NCBI RefSeq assembly: GCF_006345805.1
Contig: NW_021836945.1
Location: 1-22,575, forward strand
Direction: 5' to 3'
Origin: Octopus sinensis
Lineage: Eukaryota
DNA: 22,575 bases
Shown: in pieces, positions 21,056 to 22,575 of the stretch
Numbering within the stretch: position 1 is the stretch's first letter
How the letters are laid out: each line of letters begins with the position of its first letter
Program-made: the position numbers and the translations under genes
The notes under the pieces: model-generated
Told to the model about the DNA's origin: nothing
What the model saw: only the letters and a program-made list of their open reading frames with translations
Databases searched by the model: none

Positions 21056-21469
21056 GTGTAGGTGTGGCTATGTGGTAAGTAGCTTGCTTACGACCCACAT
21101 GGTTCCGGGTTCAGTCCCATAGTGTGGCAACTAGGACAAGTGCCTTCTACTATAGCCTCGGGCCGACCAAAGCCTTGTGGGTGGATTTGGTAGACGGAAA
21201 CTGAAAGAAGCCCTTCGTATATATGTAGTTATACATGTGTGTGTATGTGTGTGTATATATTTGTGTGTTTGTGTTTGTCCTCCCAACATCGCTTGACAAC
21301 AGATACTGGTGTGTTTACGTCCCCGTAACTTAGTGGTTCGGCAAATGAAACCGATAGAATAAATACTAGGCTTACAAAGAATAAGTCCTGGGGTCGGTTT
21401 GCTCGAATAAAGGCGGTGCCCCAGTATGGCCACAGTTAAATGACTGAAACAAGTAAAAGAGTAAAAGAG

Positions 21470-21470
<1 letters not shown>
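21056..21470 (+). mobile_element. SINE-B, full length, tRNA-derived, with an internal TA/TG microsatellite
   Basis: A-box-like TGGCTATGTGG (21065-21075); B-box-like GGGTTCAGTCCC (21107-21118); central domain; internal (TA/TG)n at about 21218-21275; 3' half matches 6625-6833; ends in gagtaaaagagt. Confidence 0.9.
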
Positions 21471-21500
<30 letters not shown>

Positions 21501-21540
21501 AGAGAGAGAGAGAGAGAGAGAGAGAAGTGTGTGTGTGTGT
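21471..21540. repeat. (TA)n-(GA)n-(GT)n tract downstream of the full SINE-B
   Basis: Direct reading. Confidence 0.95.
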
Positions 21541-22359
21541 AAAGACAGAGAGAGCTGAGATAGCTTTATTATAACTACTAAATGTCTCTGTAGCTCACAG
21601 CTACTTTGCTCGTGGCGTTGACACATGGTCCCTCAGATAAGGTATACCTGAACTCCTCGTTCACCTCCTCAGGTTTTTTGCATCATTCACTGCACTCAAT
21701 AATTGCTTCCAAGAATTTTGCCCATCCGAGAGCCATTACTGTTTATCATTATCCCGAAATATCTTGATATGCAATGGCTTAAGTGCCACAATGATTATAC
21801 CGATGTAACTGGACTTCGGTGTATCTATCTGTGTATATACATATTAAAAGAATAACATGAGTTAAAATCAGGGATATTTCAAATATACATACCCTTCGCC
21901 AGTAACTCTTACGTATCATCACTGAAATAACCACACTTGAATAATTATATAATTACAATTAAGAAACACATTATCAAGATTATTTTGAAATAGCGTATTT
22001 CAAAAAAGTTTTGATAATATAACGAAAGATATCATAGATATCATCTGCTTTTATTCTTTAAATGTGTTTTGTCCTCTTCATCAGTTATAGCCTATTCCAC
22101 GCTATATGGACTGCGTACGTGGAAATAAATTTAACATGTGAAATTCCGATGTTTAAAGCTATTATATATATTGAGATTTAATCTTTATGATTATTTCCCG
22201 TGCTTATATCGTATAATATATAGCCATATACCTACACATACACACATACAGACACATGACGAAAATACTTTCAGAGAAAAAAAAGAGGGAAGGAAAAGCG
22301 GACAGGTTTAGAGAGTGAGTGAGAAACTGAAGGACAGAGTGGGAGAAAGATACACGTAT

Positions 22360-22458
22360 CTACATACGCACATACATACATACATGCATACACATATATA
22401 CATACATACATACATACATACATACATACGTACGTACATTCATATACATATATATACC
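22360..22458. repeat. (TACA)n / TA-rich microsatellite
   Basis: Direct reading. Confidence 0.9.
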
Positions 22459-22575
22459 TAAATGTATGAATATATGCCTCTGGAAACCATTATACAAGTA
22501 TATATAAATACATCAATATTGAATGCTATGCATAACGCATACGCAAACAAACATACACGTACGTGCACACACCAG

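Noticed and set aside
21595-21745. Minus-strand frame MALGWAKFLEAIIECSE*CKKPEEVNEEFRYTLSEGPCVNATSKVAVSYRDI
   Set aside because: Internal stop, weak splice context and no recognisable family.
1-22575. CRISPR arrays, operons, rRNA genes or prokaryotic systems
   Set aside because: No regularly spaced repeat-spacer units, no gene-dense coding and no rRNA-like sequence. The composition is that of a repeat-rich animal genome.

Overview
AT-rich eukaryotic non-coding DNA, most likely intronic or intergenic sequence from an octopus-like coleoid cephalopod. The organism call is inferred from the SINE types and the very heavy microsatellite load. I can support no intact protein-coding gene, and nearly all ORFs in the supplied track are translations of microsatellites. 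Supported content: one decayed 3' fragment of a CR1/L2-group LINE ORF2 with its 3' end (about 2320-3105, +); about nine copies or fragments of tRNA-derived SINEs from three families (here called A, B, C), six of them clustered at 13.6-15.8 kb; and many simple repeats. Best leads: (1) a CpG-rich insert of about 415 nt (11063-11477) that starts with an HDV-ribozyme-like fold, ends in a short tandem tail and is flanked by a diverged 35-37 nt direct repeat; (2) the LINE 3' end matches the SINE-B tail, pointing to a SINE/LINE partner pair; (3) a degenerate minimal hammerhead motif in a 200-nt element nested in (TA)n; (4) inverted SINE-A copies that could form dsRNA. Several candidate small exons are listed at low confidence. 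All alignments and folds were done by eye.
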